Shown one piece after another: positions 13,682 to 25,860 of a stretch of 64,000 nt of DNA; within the stretch, counting starts at the first letter, position 1, and each line of letters opens with the position of its first letter. A model generated the notes under the pieces. It had not been told where the DNA came from, did no database searches, and saw only the letters and a program-made list of their open reading frames with translations. Position numbers and translations under genes: made by a program. The DNA is from Octopus vulgaris (Eukaryota). The stretch is taken from positions 116,250,001-116,314,000 of the forward strand of contig OX597820.1 in the NCBI GenBank assembly GCA_951406725.2. The letters run 5' to 3'.

Positions 13682-16600
13682 CGACAGGCTTCCATAGAGT
13701 TTCTATCTACCGAATTCACCCACAAGGCATTGGTCAGCTTGGAGTTGTAGTAGGAGATACTTGCCTAAGGTGCCATGCAGTAGGACTGAATCTGAAACCA
13801 AAGTCGTTGCAAAGCAAGTTTCTTAACCATACAGCCTTGTTTGCACCCATCATAACAAATATTAATTCTGGGGTTGTATTTTTGGGGTGGGGAATGAAAA
13901 GTATTTTTGAAAAACGTAGATTTTAATTAACAGAAGTCTTGTTTTCTGTTATTGTGTTGTTTGACATTGTATCATCAGCATCATAATTTAAAGTCCATTT
14001 TCCATGCTGTCATGGGTTGGATATACTGATAGGAGCTGGCAGAAACGTTAGCACACCGGGCGAAATGCGTAGCCGTATTTCGTCTGCCGTTATGTTCTCA
14101 GTTCAAATTCCGCCGAGGTTGACTTTGCCTTTCATCCTTTAGGGGTCGATTAAATAAGTACCAGTTATGCACTAGGGTCGATGTAATCGACTTAATCTGT
14201 TTGTCTGTCCTTGTATGTCTTCTTGTGGGCAATAAAGAAATAGGTATGGTTCTTACAGCTGGATGCCCTTGCTAATGCCAACCACTTTGCAGAAAGTACC
14301 AGCTTGGGTGCTTTATGCATTGCACCTGCACAGGTGCTGTATACGTAGCACAAATATTAACGGTTTTATTGTATTTTTGTGGCAGGATCAGAAAATAAAA
14401 ATATTTTTGAAATATTTTAATTAACAAATCTTGTTTTCTGTTAACTACTGTGTTGCTTGGCTTTGTTCATTTCAAAGAAATTATAATTATATATTTATTT
14501 TAATTACAACTGGAGCAGCAATAATCTAATTTATTTATCGTATATTTCTGTATAGGTTAGTGGTCTTAAAATTGGATGTTACGAACCATAGGGATATTGA
14601 AAATGCGAAAAGCTATGCACAAGAATTACTTGGAGAAGATGGTAAGTGCACTTGAGGTTGTTGTATGTTATGTCTTTTATAATGTTGAATAAATCTATGG
14701 GATAAGGTATTTTAATCTGACCATTCCATTATTTTTCAAACATAGTGTAACCGTTATATTTTTGCTCCTTATTCTTTAGGTCTGTGGGGTCTTGTCAACA
14801 ATGCTGGAATTTCTTACTTTGCTGAGACTGAAATGACATCTGAAGAAATATTCCAGAAGACAATTAATGTTAATCTTTTTGGTACAATTCGATTGACAAA
14901 AGCATTCTTACCTTTAATTAGAAAAAGCAAAGGTAGAATAATCAACATGGCCAGTTTCGTTGGTAATTTCATTTTTCTTTTTTTCTTACTTTCTTAAATA
15001 AGCTTTATGGAAGACAGTTTGCCAATTTCATTTTAAAACATTCTTATTTCTTTATTACCCACAAGGGTAATATAGAGGGGACAAACAAAGACAGACAAAG
15101 GGATTATGTCGAGTAAATCGACCCCAGTACATAACTGGTACTTAATTTATCGACCCCCAAAAGGATGAAAGGCAAAGTCGACCTCGGCGGAACTTAAATT
15201 CAGAACGTAACGACAGATCAAATACCGTTAAGCATTCCACCCAGCGTGCTAACGATTCTGCCAGCTTGCTGCCTTTTTAAAACATTCTATCAAAGAAAAC
15301 CCTCTGCCATTGATTACTCAGGGGTGCCATCTGCATGTGTAACAGCAGTTGAGTTATTAATATATTTAATCATCATCATCATTTAGCGTCCGCTTTCCAT
15401 GCTAGCATGGGTTGGACGGTTCAACTGGGGTCCGGGAAGCCAGAAGGCTTCATCAGGCCCAGTCTGATCTGGCAGCGTTTCTACGGCTGGATGCCCTTCC
15501 TAACGCCAACCACTCTGTGAGTGTAGTGGGTGCTTTTTACGTGCCAGACGGGGCTGGCAAACGGCCACGGACGGATGGTGCTTTTTATGTGCCACCAGCA
15601 CGGGGGCCAGGCAAGGCTGGTAACAGCCACGATCGGATGGTGCTTTTTATGTGCCACCGGCACGGAGGCCAGTCGGGGAGGCACTGGCAACGGACACGGT
15701 CGGGTGGTGCTTTTTACGTGCCACCGGCACGGGGACCAGGCGAGGCTGGCAACGGCCACGATCGGATGTTGCCTTTTACGTGCCACCGGCACGGAGGCCA
15801 GTCGGGGTGGCGCTGGCAACAAGTATCAAAAATCGATTTTTGAAATAGCTGCATGATTCAGAAGTTTGCTTCCCAAGCGCGTGGTTTCAAATTTCAGTCT
15901 CAATGTGTGTCAAGTCTCTTCTTCTGTAGTGTCTTGGCATCACATGGCAGTTGTAAATCAGTGTCATTTGTTTCCAATATTGTGTGAAAACATACGGAAA
16001 TATTATCTTGCTTGGAAACAGGTGAGGGCTGGTGACAGGAAGGGCATCCAACTGTAGAGCACCTGGCTCAATAAACTCTGTCTGAAGTGGATATTAAAAC
16101 TATGATGGTAGTGATTACCTTTTGGAAATCTTTCTACACTTGTTTGAAAACAGTGTTTAAGTTTGAAAAGTTGGTTGTTTGATTATCTTTAGTCTTACCT
16201 GAAAGTCACCTGTTTCACTTCACCTCTTTCTCTCTCTCATCATCTTTGAAGTCATTGGAACATGTCTCTTGGTTCTTACATTCCTCCCAACTGGTGGAGT
16301 GATTGAACTGTCTATGCCAGTTTCTATCTCCGTCTACCAATATTTCTGACCAAACGCATTATTTCTTTATCTCCAAACCCCGCCTTTACTCCCCGGATCT
16401 TCTGATCAGGCTATCTTATATTTCCTTCCTCCACTACACACAACTTTCTCGTACTTAATGCCAGGTAACTAATTTTATACCAACAGCAAATATGGTTTAA
16501 ACTTTGCCCCTTACGAGATAGCTCATTACCATAACCTTTGGACATCCCTGTATCGAGTCTCAAGATCCATAGGGTTGATTACCTGTTTTCCATGGTGTAC

Positions 16601-17768
16601 AAGTGATTGAGATGACAACATTCCCCCTGGATGGGAAGTCAGTCCCTCATAGTCATTCATTGTATCTGAGTGGACTGGAGCAATGTGAAATGAAGTGTTT
16701 AGCTCAAGAACGCACCACCTTGTCCAAGAATAGAAACCACGATCTTGTAATTGTGAATGCAACTCTTTAACCACTAGGCTATGTGGCTGAGAAAACTCAG
16801 CAGGTACTTAGAACTGTCCTTCTACATGTCCTTCTACATCTCTTACACAAACCTCATAAGACCAAAGCCCACAGCTGATTGTAATTGCATGGGTGAACAA
16901 CCCAGCTTCCAACATTTAGAGGAACTCCACCATCACCACCAACGACGACAATGAGATGTTGTTTTTATCCACAATGCCTGCAAGACAGACTTCTAAGATT
17001 AAAGCGAGGCATCACTCAACCTGCAAGCCCTCTTGCTTTCCAAAATGCAGCAGAACCTTCTATTTTAACTTTTGCTGTTGTTGAGTCCAGATCACTCCTG
17101 ACTGAGAAACCTGATGAAAGACATTCCATTTTTGACCATCCTATCTTATCCAAAAATACAATGCAGTTAGGATTACAAGCTGAATATCTTCATCATCATT
17201 TAATGTCTGTTTTCCGTGCTAGCATGGGTTGGACGGTTCAACTGGGGTCTGGGAAGCCACGAGGTTGCACCAGGCTCCAGTCTGATCTGGCAGTGTTTCT
17301 ACAGCTGGATGCCCTTCCTGATGCCAACCACTCCGGGAGTGTAGTGGGTGCTTTTTACATGCCACTGGCACAGGTGCCAGGGGAGGCTGGCAGCGGCCAA
17401 AAGTCTGATGCTCTACCGACTGAGCTATGCAGGTGAACTTATTTCTAAATTGGTAAGATGCAATATGAAGGAAATTTGGTTCCACTTTCAACTGACTGAG
17501 AGCCTTTAGCATAGAGGATCTGTAGTTGGTTTGGTTTTACTTTTGTAGATAACCTAAATTAATTTAATTATCTGTATTCATTCATTCGACTGTGGCCATG
17601 CTGGAGCACCGCCTTTAGTCGAGGAAATCGACCCCAGGACTTATTCTTTGTAAGCCTAGTACTTATTCTATCAGTCCTTTTTGCCGAACCGCTAAGTTAC
17701 GGGGACGTAAACACATCAGCATCGGTTGTCAAGCGATGTTGGGGGAGGGGGACAAACACAACACACAA

Positions 17769-17813
<45 letters not shown>

Positions 17814-20656
17814 TATATACGACGGGCTTCTTTCAGTTTCCGTCTACCAAATCCACTTACAAGGCTATAGCAGAAGACACTTGCCCAAGGTGCCACGCAG
17901 TGGGACTGAACCCGGAACCATGTGGTTCGTAAGCAAGTTACTTACCACACAGCCACTCATACGCCTATCTTAATACTTTTGATAGAGAGCTCTAGTATTC
18001 TGTTAAATTTTCTTATGCATAATTCTATTCTGATTTTCCCCCAACTGTCTTTACAGCAAGAATTCCTATCAACGGGACAAGTGCTTACTCTGTTTCTAAA
18101 AGTGCCATTGTTGCCTTCTCAGATATTCTGCGTCTTGAAATGAAAAAATGGGACGTTCATGTTTCCATCATTGAACCACTTGGATTTCAAACGAGTAAGT
18201 ACTTCTTTGACTCAGCATTTCATTGTTTGGGGTTTGTTGATGCTTAGCCACAGGTCAACCCTAGTCCAACAGACCTGTTCAAAGGCACTCCATTTGTGAC
18301 TGTGCCATGTTTTTACGTTACAGTGTGGACATCAGTGCATTGTTTGGGTGTAGATAAAATAAGTAACTGCCAACAACTATATTTTGGAACACAGCAGAAA
18401 GAAAACCCAGAAGACACACAGACAAACCATGTGGTTTCAGGTTCAATCCCACTGGACTGACCAATGACCTGTGAGTGAATTTGATAGATGGAAACCATCT
18501 GGAAGCCTTTTGTGTATGTGTGTGTGTGTGTGAGAATATGTATGTGTGTGTTTGCCTCCCCACCCCCCAAATACCAGTGTTGGTTTCTTTAAGTCTCCTA
18601 ACGTAGCAGTTCAGCAAGAGAGACTGATGGAATAAGTACCAGATTGCAAAGAAAAATAAGTTTTGGGGTTACTGTTTCTGAGTACAAAAATCTTCAATGT
18701 TGTTCTCCACCATGGCCACAGTTCGATGACTGAAACATGTAGGAAAAAAAAAAAAACGCAATTGTAGTGATTAATAAGAATTCTTGTATCTTCCATCTCT
18801 CTTTTACCATATATATTTGTCATTGCCAGTGCCGCTGGATTGGCTCCTGTGCAGGTGCCACATAAAAAGCACCATTTGAGCTTGGCCGCTGCCAGTACCG
18901 CCTGACTGGCCCTCGTGCCGGTGGCACGTACAAACACCCACTACACTCTCGAAGTGGTTGGCGTTAGGAAGGGCATCCAGCTGTAGAAACTCTGCCAGAT
19001 CAGATTGGAGTCTGGTGCAGCCATCTGGTTCGCCAGGCCTCAGTCAAATCGTCCAACCCATGCTAGCATGGAAAGCGGACGTTAAACGATGATGATGATG
19101 TATATATATTGTATTGAGATGCCTGCTCCACACCAATGTTGATGTGTTCAGCTGCCAGCTCTGGTTTTGCTGCTTGTCAAGGTGAGGAGGGCAAACTGTC
19201 AAAGTAGCAGTTGCTCTCTGACAGGTTTGTGGTTGAACCTGTGGAGTGGAGACTGCTGGTATTCTTGGCTCCTGGACCACAGCCTGGCTCACCTCTTACA
19301 GGGCAGAGATGGCTATCTGCAAGTGTGAGCCCTGTGAATCAGTGTGTCCGTTCCAGTGCAAGCCTTTCGCCATCTCTTGGGGCAATGCCCTTTCCGTTTT
19401 GTCCCCTAGGGCCATGAGGCAGATTGACAAACTTTTTTTTAGATTAACACTTAAGTTCATGAACCAGTGTCTGCTCAGTACCATATCCACTTCCTTTTTA
19501 AACTAAAGAAATGGTAATTGATAGACAGTGCTCGTTATTTTGTAAAAATAAAACAAAAAAAAAAGAAAGAGTAAGAAAGACAAAAAATACGCAAAACTAT
19601 TCCTAAACATATCTGACAGAATTTGACTTCAACAGTTTTCTTAACCATTTCAAAATAAATGTCTCCGATTCTTTTGAAATGTCTTAAACTAATTTTAGTC
19701 TATAAAGCTAATGCTGGTTTTCTCATGTGTGAGCAACTATCTTTTTGATGTTCAGCAATAAATCTGTCAACACTTACAAAGAATAACCCCCCCTCCTCCG
19801 CCATTTACTTGAAAACGATATAAGTGACATACCTCTCCTTGCCCTGCTATTTCATATCAACAACAGTGACCACCTGTTGAATATTTCTGGCCACAAAAAG
19901 TTAAAACTCTGCTTGCGAAGACCTTTTGAGGCAAGTGAAATTGAAATCGATCAAAAAATCAATGGAAATTGTAGTTGTGATACCAGTGCCGGTGGCACGT
20001 AAAAGAACCATCTGTTTCTGTTGCCAGCGCCGCCTCGACTGGCCTCTGTGCTGGTGGCACGTAAAAAGCACCAACCGATCATGGCCGTTGCCACCCTCGC
20101 CTGGCATGTAAAAAGCACCCACTACACTCTTGGAGTGGTTTGTGTTAGGAAGGGCATCCAGCTGTAGAAACATTGTCAGATCAGGTTGAACCCTGGTGCT
20201 GCTGCTGGTTCTCCAGACCTCAGTCAAATCGTCCGACCCATGCCAGCATAGAAAACGGACGTTAAACGATGATGATGATGGTATATATATATATATATAT
20301 ATATATAATCTAATAAAGGGGTATGTAAGCCCTCAACAGAAAAAAGGCTTTCCTCTCCGCATGGGACTCGAACCCACATTCCTTTATTAACGTGACTGTG
20401 TTATCTTTACACCAGCAAATTAGCTAATTCGCTGGTGTGAAGGTAACACACTTAGTCACATTAACAAAGGGATGTGGGTTTGAGTCCCACGTGGAGAGGA
20501 AAGCCTTCTTTTTTCTGTTGAGGGCTTATATGCCCTTTTATTAGACTATTTTCCTTGCACGGTGATCGTCATAAGCTTTAAGCTTATAAAAAAATACCAT
20601 TATTATTATTCACTGGATTGTCAAACACGGTGCCTTATAGCAAAACATTCGCACCG

Positions 20657-20689
<33 letters not shown>

Positions 20690-22819
20690 CAAAATAGCAA
20701 ATTGAAAAATCTCGACGAGATCAGAGTAGTAATTCTAACGAGTCATTTACCACATCAAAGTGGCTGTTGCATGTTACTACTAGTTTAACCCCAGGCAAAT
20801 CTTCTGCCAGCTGGTCATCAGTGCAATGCTGCACCCTTTCATCATCATCATCATCATCGTTTAGCATCCGCTTTCCATGCTAGCATGGGTTGGACGGTTC
20901 AACTGGGGTCTGGGAAGCCAGAAGGCTGGATGCCCTTCCTAACGCCAACCACTCCATGAGTGTAGTGGGTGCTTTTTACGTGCCACCGGCACAGGTGCCA
21001 GATGAGTCTGGCAAACGGCCACGAATGGATGGTGCTTTTTATGTGCCACCAGCAGGGGGCCAGGCGAGGCTGGCAACGGCCACGGTCGGATGGTGCTTTT
21101 TATGTGCCACCAGCACAGGGGCCAGGTGAGGCTGGCAACGGCCACGAATGGATGGTGCTTTTTATGTGCCACCGGCACAGGGGCCAGGCGAGGCTGGCAA
21201 TGGCCACGGTCGGATGGTGCTTTTTATGTGCCACCAGCACGGGGGCCAGGTGAGGCTGGCAACGGCCATGAATGGATGGTGCTTTTTATGTGCCACCGGC
21301 ACAGGGGCCAGGCGAGGCTGGCAATGGCCACGGTCGGATGGTGCTTTTTATGTGCCACCAGCACGGGGGCCAGGCGAGGCTGGCAACGGCCACGGTCGGA
21401 TGGTGCTTTTTATGTGCCACCAGCACGGGGGCCAGGTGAGGCTGGCAACGGCCACGAACGGATGGTGCTTTTTACGTGGTGAGCGAACCTTTACCATCCT
21501 CTAGCAGATGACAGGATTGTGAGACTGACTTGGTTTCGAGCCTGTTTGGCTCATCCTCATCCACGAGCGGCACCTGGTCACTTGTTACTATAGTTACTAC
21601 TCTGGTTTTTTAAATATTTTCAGCCTGGTACTTTTCCTACATGTCTCTTTTGCCAGACTGCTAAGTTATAGGGATGTAAACACACTAACACCAACTGCTG
21701 TGTGATGGTGGGGGACAAACCTACACACACACACACACACACAATGGGCTTCTTTCAGTTTCCATCTAACAAAGCCACTGACAAGGCTTTGGTCAGCTTG
21801 AGGCTATAACCCAAGGTGCCACACAGTGGGTTTGAACTCAGAACCATGTGGTTGGGAAGCAAGCCTCTTACCACACAGTTACACCTGCTTTTATATGAAT
21901 GGTTGTTTTTGGTTTGTTTTGTGATTAAGAATTGATGGCAGAATCGGGATTTGCTTATTTGCGTCCCTTTAGTTGATGGGTTTCAAATCTCTCCCAAGGA
22001 CTTTGCTTTTCATCCGGACAAAGTCAGTAACATACAATAAGAATTGGGTTTGATAGAACCGAACATACCCTTAAAGCCTGTTTTCCCAGCTCGGACACGG
22101 TACAGTGACAGAAAACCGATCGACAGATACAAGATTCTTATTTATCCTCTTAAGGATAATTTTTCTATTAAGTCTCATGACTTCAGCTATGAAAACTTCG
22201 AAATCAAATTCCATTTATTTCATGATACAATAGAGATTAAAAAAAAAAAAAAATTGCTAACTTGAACCATATTTATAGCATGGAAAATGATTCTATGATT
22301 CTATTTTCACATTCTTAGCCTCGAATTATGTGTCTACTTACTGAGCAGGTGAAAGAAATTACGTTTCAGAATTGGATATTAAAAAAAAATATGTAATAAG
22401 GGAGATAACTTGTACTTATTTACCATTAGAAATATTTAGTTTTATTTCTTTTCTCTTTTGCAGACAACTTCAATGAACAGGTTTTAGAAAGTCGACTCCA
22501 AGAAATTTGGGACTCCCTAGATGAAGAATGCCAGTTAGTTTATGGAAAACGATACCTTGAAGATCTTTACAAGTCATACAAAGAATTATTGCCTAAGATC
22601 CCTACAGACCTCTCTCCTGTAGTTCAAGCTGTTTCTGGTGCTCTTCTCTCAAAAAACCCACGTGAACGCTACCCTTGCAGCCAAGGAGCAGATATTCTTA
22701 CAAGTATATACAGCATCCTACCCATCAGACTTGCTGACAAAATATCAAAATTAGTATCGGTGATTCCTAAAAACTCACGACCGGTTGCATTGGAACCATC
22801 CTCTCACCTCGTACCCTAG
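9160..22819 (+). CDS. SDR9C-family short-chain dehydrogenase/reductase (BDH1 / retinol dehydrogenase / 17-beta-HSD-like); spliced CDS join(9160-9286,14556-14641,14780-14962,18057-18194,22464-22819), 5' exon(s) not identified
   Basis: Five exons with AG/GT boundaries and compatible phases translate to (G)CDSGFG (Rossmann TGxxxGxG), [21 protein letters not shown] (catalytic Ser), YSVSK (YxxxK), VSIIEP, ending TAG at 22817-22819. About 296 aa from the Gly of the cofactor motif. Confidence 0.95.
12135..12436 (-). mobile_element. SINE family C variant with different 3' half and (AACT)n tail
   Basis: Shares head with family C, then cctgcaacggaccggcgtcccgtccagg...aacaaactaactaa. Confidence 0.75.
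12440..13010 (+). mobile_element. Decayed RTE LINE 3' fragment
   Basis: gaagactgcactggtatgatcacgtg ORF remnant plus the same 3' UTR. Confidence 0.65.
13026..13470 (+). mobile_element. SINE family B tandem dimer
   Basis: Two head-to-tail units, the second lacking the 5' head. Confidence 0.85.
14556..14641 (+). CDS. SDR exon: [28 protein letters not shown]
   Basis: tatag| acceptor, |gtaag donor; LDVT motif; phase matches neighbours. Confidence 0.93.
14780..14962 (+). CDS. SDR exon: [61 protein letters not shown]
   Basis: tttag| acceptor, |gtaat donor; NNAG motif and catalytic Asn/Ser. Confidence 0.96.
15368..15825 (-). mobile_element. RTE 3' UTR copy with ~5 internal repeats
   Basis: Same family sequence. 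Confidence 0.8.
17190..17398 (-). mobile_element. RTE 3' UTR copy, 5'-fused to a tRNA-Lys half
   Basis: Same family sequence; abuts tRNA fragment at 17399-17434. Confidence 0.8.
17399..17434 (-). pseudogene. tRNA-Lys(UUU) 5' half (positions 1-36)
   Basis: Minus strand acctgcaTAGCTCAGTCGGTAGAGCATCAGACTTTT versus metazoan tRNA-Lys(UUU) GCCCGGATAGCTCAGTCGGTAGAGCATCAGACTTTT; no T-arm or acceptor 3' strand. Confidence 0.8.
17577..17965 (-). mobile_element. SINE family A
   Basis: Matches family A. Confidence 0.85.
18057..18194 (+). CDS. SDR exon: [46 protein letters not shown]
   Basis: ttacag| acceptor, |gtaag donor; YxxxK active site. Confidence 0.96.
18818..19100 (+). mobile_element. RTE 3' UTR copy
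   Basis: Ends ...cggacgttaaacgatgatgatgatg. Confidence 0.8.
19905..20280 (+). mobile_element. RTE 3' UTR copy
   Basis: Same family, (GAT)n tail. Confidence 0.8.
20309..20545. repeat. Palindromic fold-back element with tRNA-like arms
   Basis: Arms mirror about aattagctaatt (20418-20429); B-box-like gggtttgagtccc / gggactcgaaccc. Confidence 0.75.
20840..21478 (-). mobile_element. RTE 3' UTR copy with expanded ~62-bp minisatellite (~8 units)
   Basis: Repeated ggtgctttttatgtgccaccagcacgggggccaggcgaggctggcaacggccacggtcggat. Confidence 0.85.
22464..22819 (+). CDS. SDR terminal coding exon ([31 protein letters not shown]...[10 protein letters not shown]...SSHLVP*)
   Basis: ttttgcag| acceptor; in frame with ORF 22589..22819; W..L.....YG and 'V..A...AL.S..PR.RY' pattern typical of SDR9C C-termini. 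Confidence 0.93.
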
Positions 22820-23216
22820 AGGACTTATTTCCTCAAATGAGAAGGAAAACATTTCTTGTGCTGTTGACTGTAACATTTGGCTGTGTCTGTCATGTGAGGA
22901 AAAATTTTGGCATTGGTTGAGAATATCTTTTTATGTTCACACGTGGCCAAATTCATTTTAAAAATTGCTAATGTGTGTTTGTGGTTAGTTTCTGAATTTG
23001 AAAGAGAATCCGCAATCGTTTCAGCTTTTTAATTATTGTATCAAAGATCAAATTATAATGTGGCCAATTCGCTATTGATCATTTACCATTATTCATCATG
23101 GGACTGAATTTTTCTGTATCAGCATTAGACAATATCTCTCATTGAATTAACTCTGCTGTGATATATATTTTAAGTCTTTATATCATATCTGTGAGTTTGT
23201 ATTATTTTTCCTGCTC

Positions 23217-23352
23217 GTATGTATGCACACATATCTGATTGTATGTATGTATGTATGCATGTATGTATATATGTATGTATGCATATCTGAGTGTATGTAT
23301 CTATATGTGTATGTATGTATGTATATATGCATGTATGTATGTATGTGTGTGT
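23217..23352. repeat. (TATG)n microsatellite in probable SDR 3' UTR
   Basis: Visible tetranucleotide repeat. Confidence 0.85.
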
Positions 23353-24960
23353 TTGATAAGCATTGTGAGAATTGTCATACAACAAACAAATGTATCAGAG
23401 AACACGTTTGATACACGATAACTTTGAAAATGTCATTAACTTTTAAAGACCTGTTGTTATGTCATGGCATAAAACAAAATATTAATGAAACAATAGGAAT
23501 ATATTTTTAATAGCTTGACATTTTTTAATGTTACATTAATTATCCTTGCATCAATTGTCTCCAACTTCCAAAGTATTAATTAAAGTTATGCTGTTTCCAT
23601 ATTCTACCTCTCACTTTCTTCTTTGGCTTTAAATGTGGAAGAGTAACTGAGCTATTATTATGGTTGTTATTATTATTATTATTATTAGTGCCAATAATGT
23701 TTGTCTTTGTTGGACGCACTTCCTATGAAATGAAGCAATCTTCAGTGAGAGATTCTGTCTCCTATGCATTCCTGTCTCCATCCATCTTTCTCTCGTTCAT
23801 CCCATGAAAACTAAACCCTACTCTCCTTGCAAGTGATTCTCAAGATATGGAGGGGAAAACATCCCGCACAATCTATTTATTTTAATTTTTAAATCTTTTT
23901 CTTTAAACCAAATGAACAAATTTAATTACACTTACCCGCCCTTGCAAAAAAAAAAAAAATAATAACAAAACAATAACAAAAAGACAAGTGATGTTCGAAA
24001 CATCACTTGGTTAACAATCTAATTTATTTTATTTTTCTAATTGTAGCTATGTTTATTATTTACTCCCCCACCACATATTTCATAAGTATTGCTAATATTG
24101 TTTCAGTAAGTATTTAACCCAATTAATATTTGTTAATTATATTTTTCTCCATTTACTTTGATTTCTAATAAAATAATAATAATTATAATACAAAATTCCA
24201 TATCTTGTAATTACTAAATATTTTCTTGTATTTGCTGTTTTTTGTTTTGTATTTATAATTTTTTTTTTTTTACATGAGGTGTGTGTGTGCGCACATGTGT
24301 ATGTAGGTGTTCACATGAACTTTACCTGAGAATTGGGCAAAGAATTGTTAGGTGATCCTAACAATGGAAGAGGATTACTAAAGGAAAAGTTAGGAAAAAC
24401 CTGTTCTTAGGATCTTAAACCTCATAAAGGGGGTTGGAGTGGGGAAACGCTGAGGTGGAGCCGATTGGCCTAACCCATACCAGAATGGTAAAACACACAA
24501 GAACGATTTCGGAATTCGATATTGCCATCTTTGTTGTTTTTACATCTACTTTTCCATGCTTTTGTGGGTGAAACAAGAATCTGTTGAGGTAGAGTTTCTA
24601 TGGCTAGATTCTCTTGGCATCAACCCATTCTTATTTCCAATAATCTCCCAGTCTATGGAACAACAAACAGCCTGAATATGTTTCATGTGGAGAGCTGGAA
24701 ACCTGACATTGTATGAGACCTTTGTTTACATGTGAAGAGGTCCCCACATGTTTCTGTAATGAGTCGCAAACCATTGACCCCATCTGAAAGCCAATGTTTA
24801 CAAACCAGTGGAAATGAAGGAAATACAAAATCTCACAAACATTTACATACAGACACTTGAGAGATGTACAAGAGCTGGATGTACTATGGACATATTAGAA
24901 CTAGATTCTCTTGAATGCTTTGAAAGGTCACTAGTAGTACTTGGTAGCTTTTAGTATATA

Positions 24961-25123
24961 GGCGCAGGAGTGGCTGTGTGGTAAGTAGCTTGCTAACCAA
25001 CCACATGGTTCCGGGTTCAGTCCCACTGCGTGGCACCTTGGGCAAGTGTCCTCCGCTATAGCCCCGGGCCGACCAATGCCTTGTGAGTGGATTTGGTAGA
25101 CGGAAACTGAAAGAAGCCTGTCG

Positions 25124-25158
<35 letters not shown>

Positions 25159-25368
25159 TTGTGTGTCTGTGTTTGTCCCCCTAGCATTGCTTGACAACCT
25201 ATGCTGGTGTGTTCACGTCCCCATCACTTAGCGGTTCGGCAAAAGAGACCGATAGAATAAGTACTGGGCTTACAAAGAATAAGTCCCGGGGTTGATTTGC
25301 TCGACTAAAGGCGGTGCTCCAGCATGGCCGCAGTCAAAATGACTGAAACAAGTAAAAGTGTAAAAGAG
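24961..25368 (+). mobile_element. SINE family A
   Basis: Matches family A. Confidence 0.88.
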
Positions 25369-25369
25369 A

Positions 25370-25860
25370 TGTAATTAGCAAGGAAAGTGGTTTCTCTGAA
25401 AGCATAGTAGCCAGAGTAAGAACAGGTTGGAAAAAGCTGAGGGTGCTACTACTACTACTACTGGTAACAAGTGTTTCCCCTAAGAGCAAAGGGCAAATTG
25501 TTTGAGAACTGTTATGCTGGATGGGAGTTAGTCACAGGCCTTTTAATGCTGAGGACTTGGGAAAACTGGAAAGAAATGCAGTATGTATACTCTGTTAGAT
25601 GTGAAATATATGTGTACAAAAATGACAAAGAATAAATGCCTTGAGAGAAAATAGGCAAGGAAGGAGACTGCACTGGTTTGGGTGTGTGGTGCATCTGGTC
25701 TAGGACAGCTGGATGAAGAGGTGCCATTAAATGGAGATGGAGCTTGTGCAAAAAGGAGACCCAGGACGATATGGGATGAAGTAGTGAAGGCTGATCTCGG
25801 GATCTTGAACCTCTCAGAAAAGACTGCAGCGACTAATGATATGCAGTCCTTGAGAAGATT
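25370..25860 (+). mobile_element. Decayed RTE LINE ORF fragment
   Basis: ESIVARVRTGWKKLR... and RRPRTIWDEVVKADL remnants. Confidence 0.65.

Noticed and set aside
20890-21504. Repetitive ORFs / CRISPR-like periodic array
   Set aside because: Tandem units without unique spacers, inside an RTE 3' UTR in eukaryotic DNA
23985-24009. 11-bp hairpin in the probable SDR 3' UTR
   Set aside because: No match to SECIS, IRE or histone stem-loop consensus; could be chance
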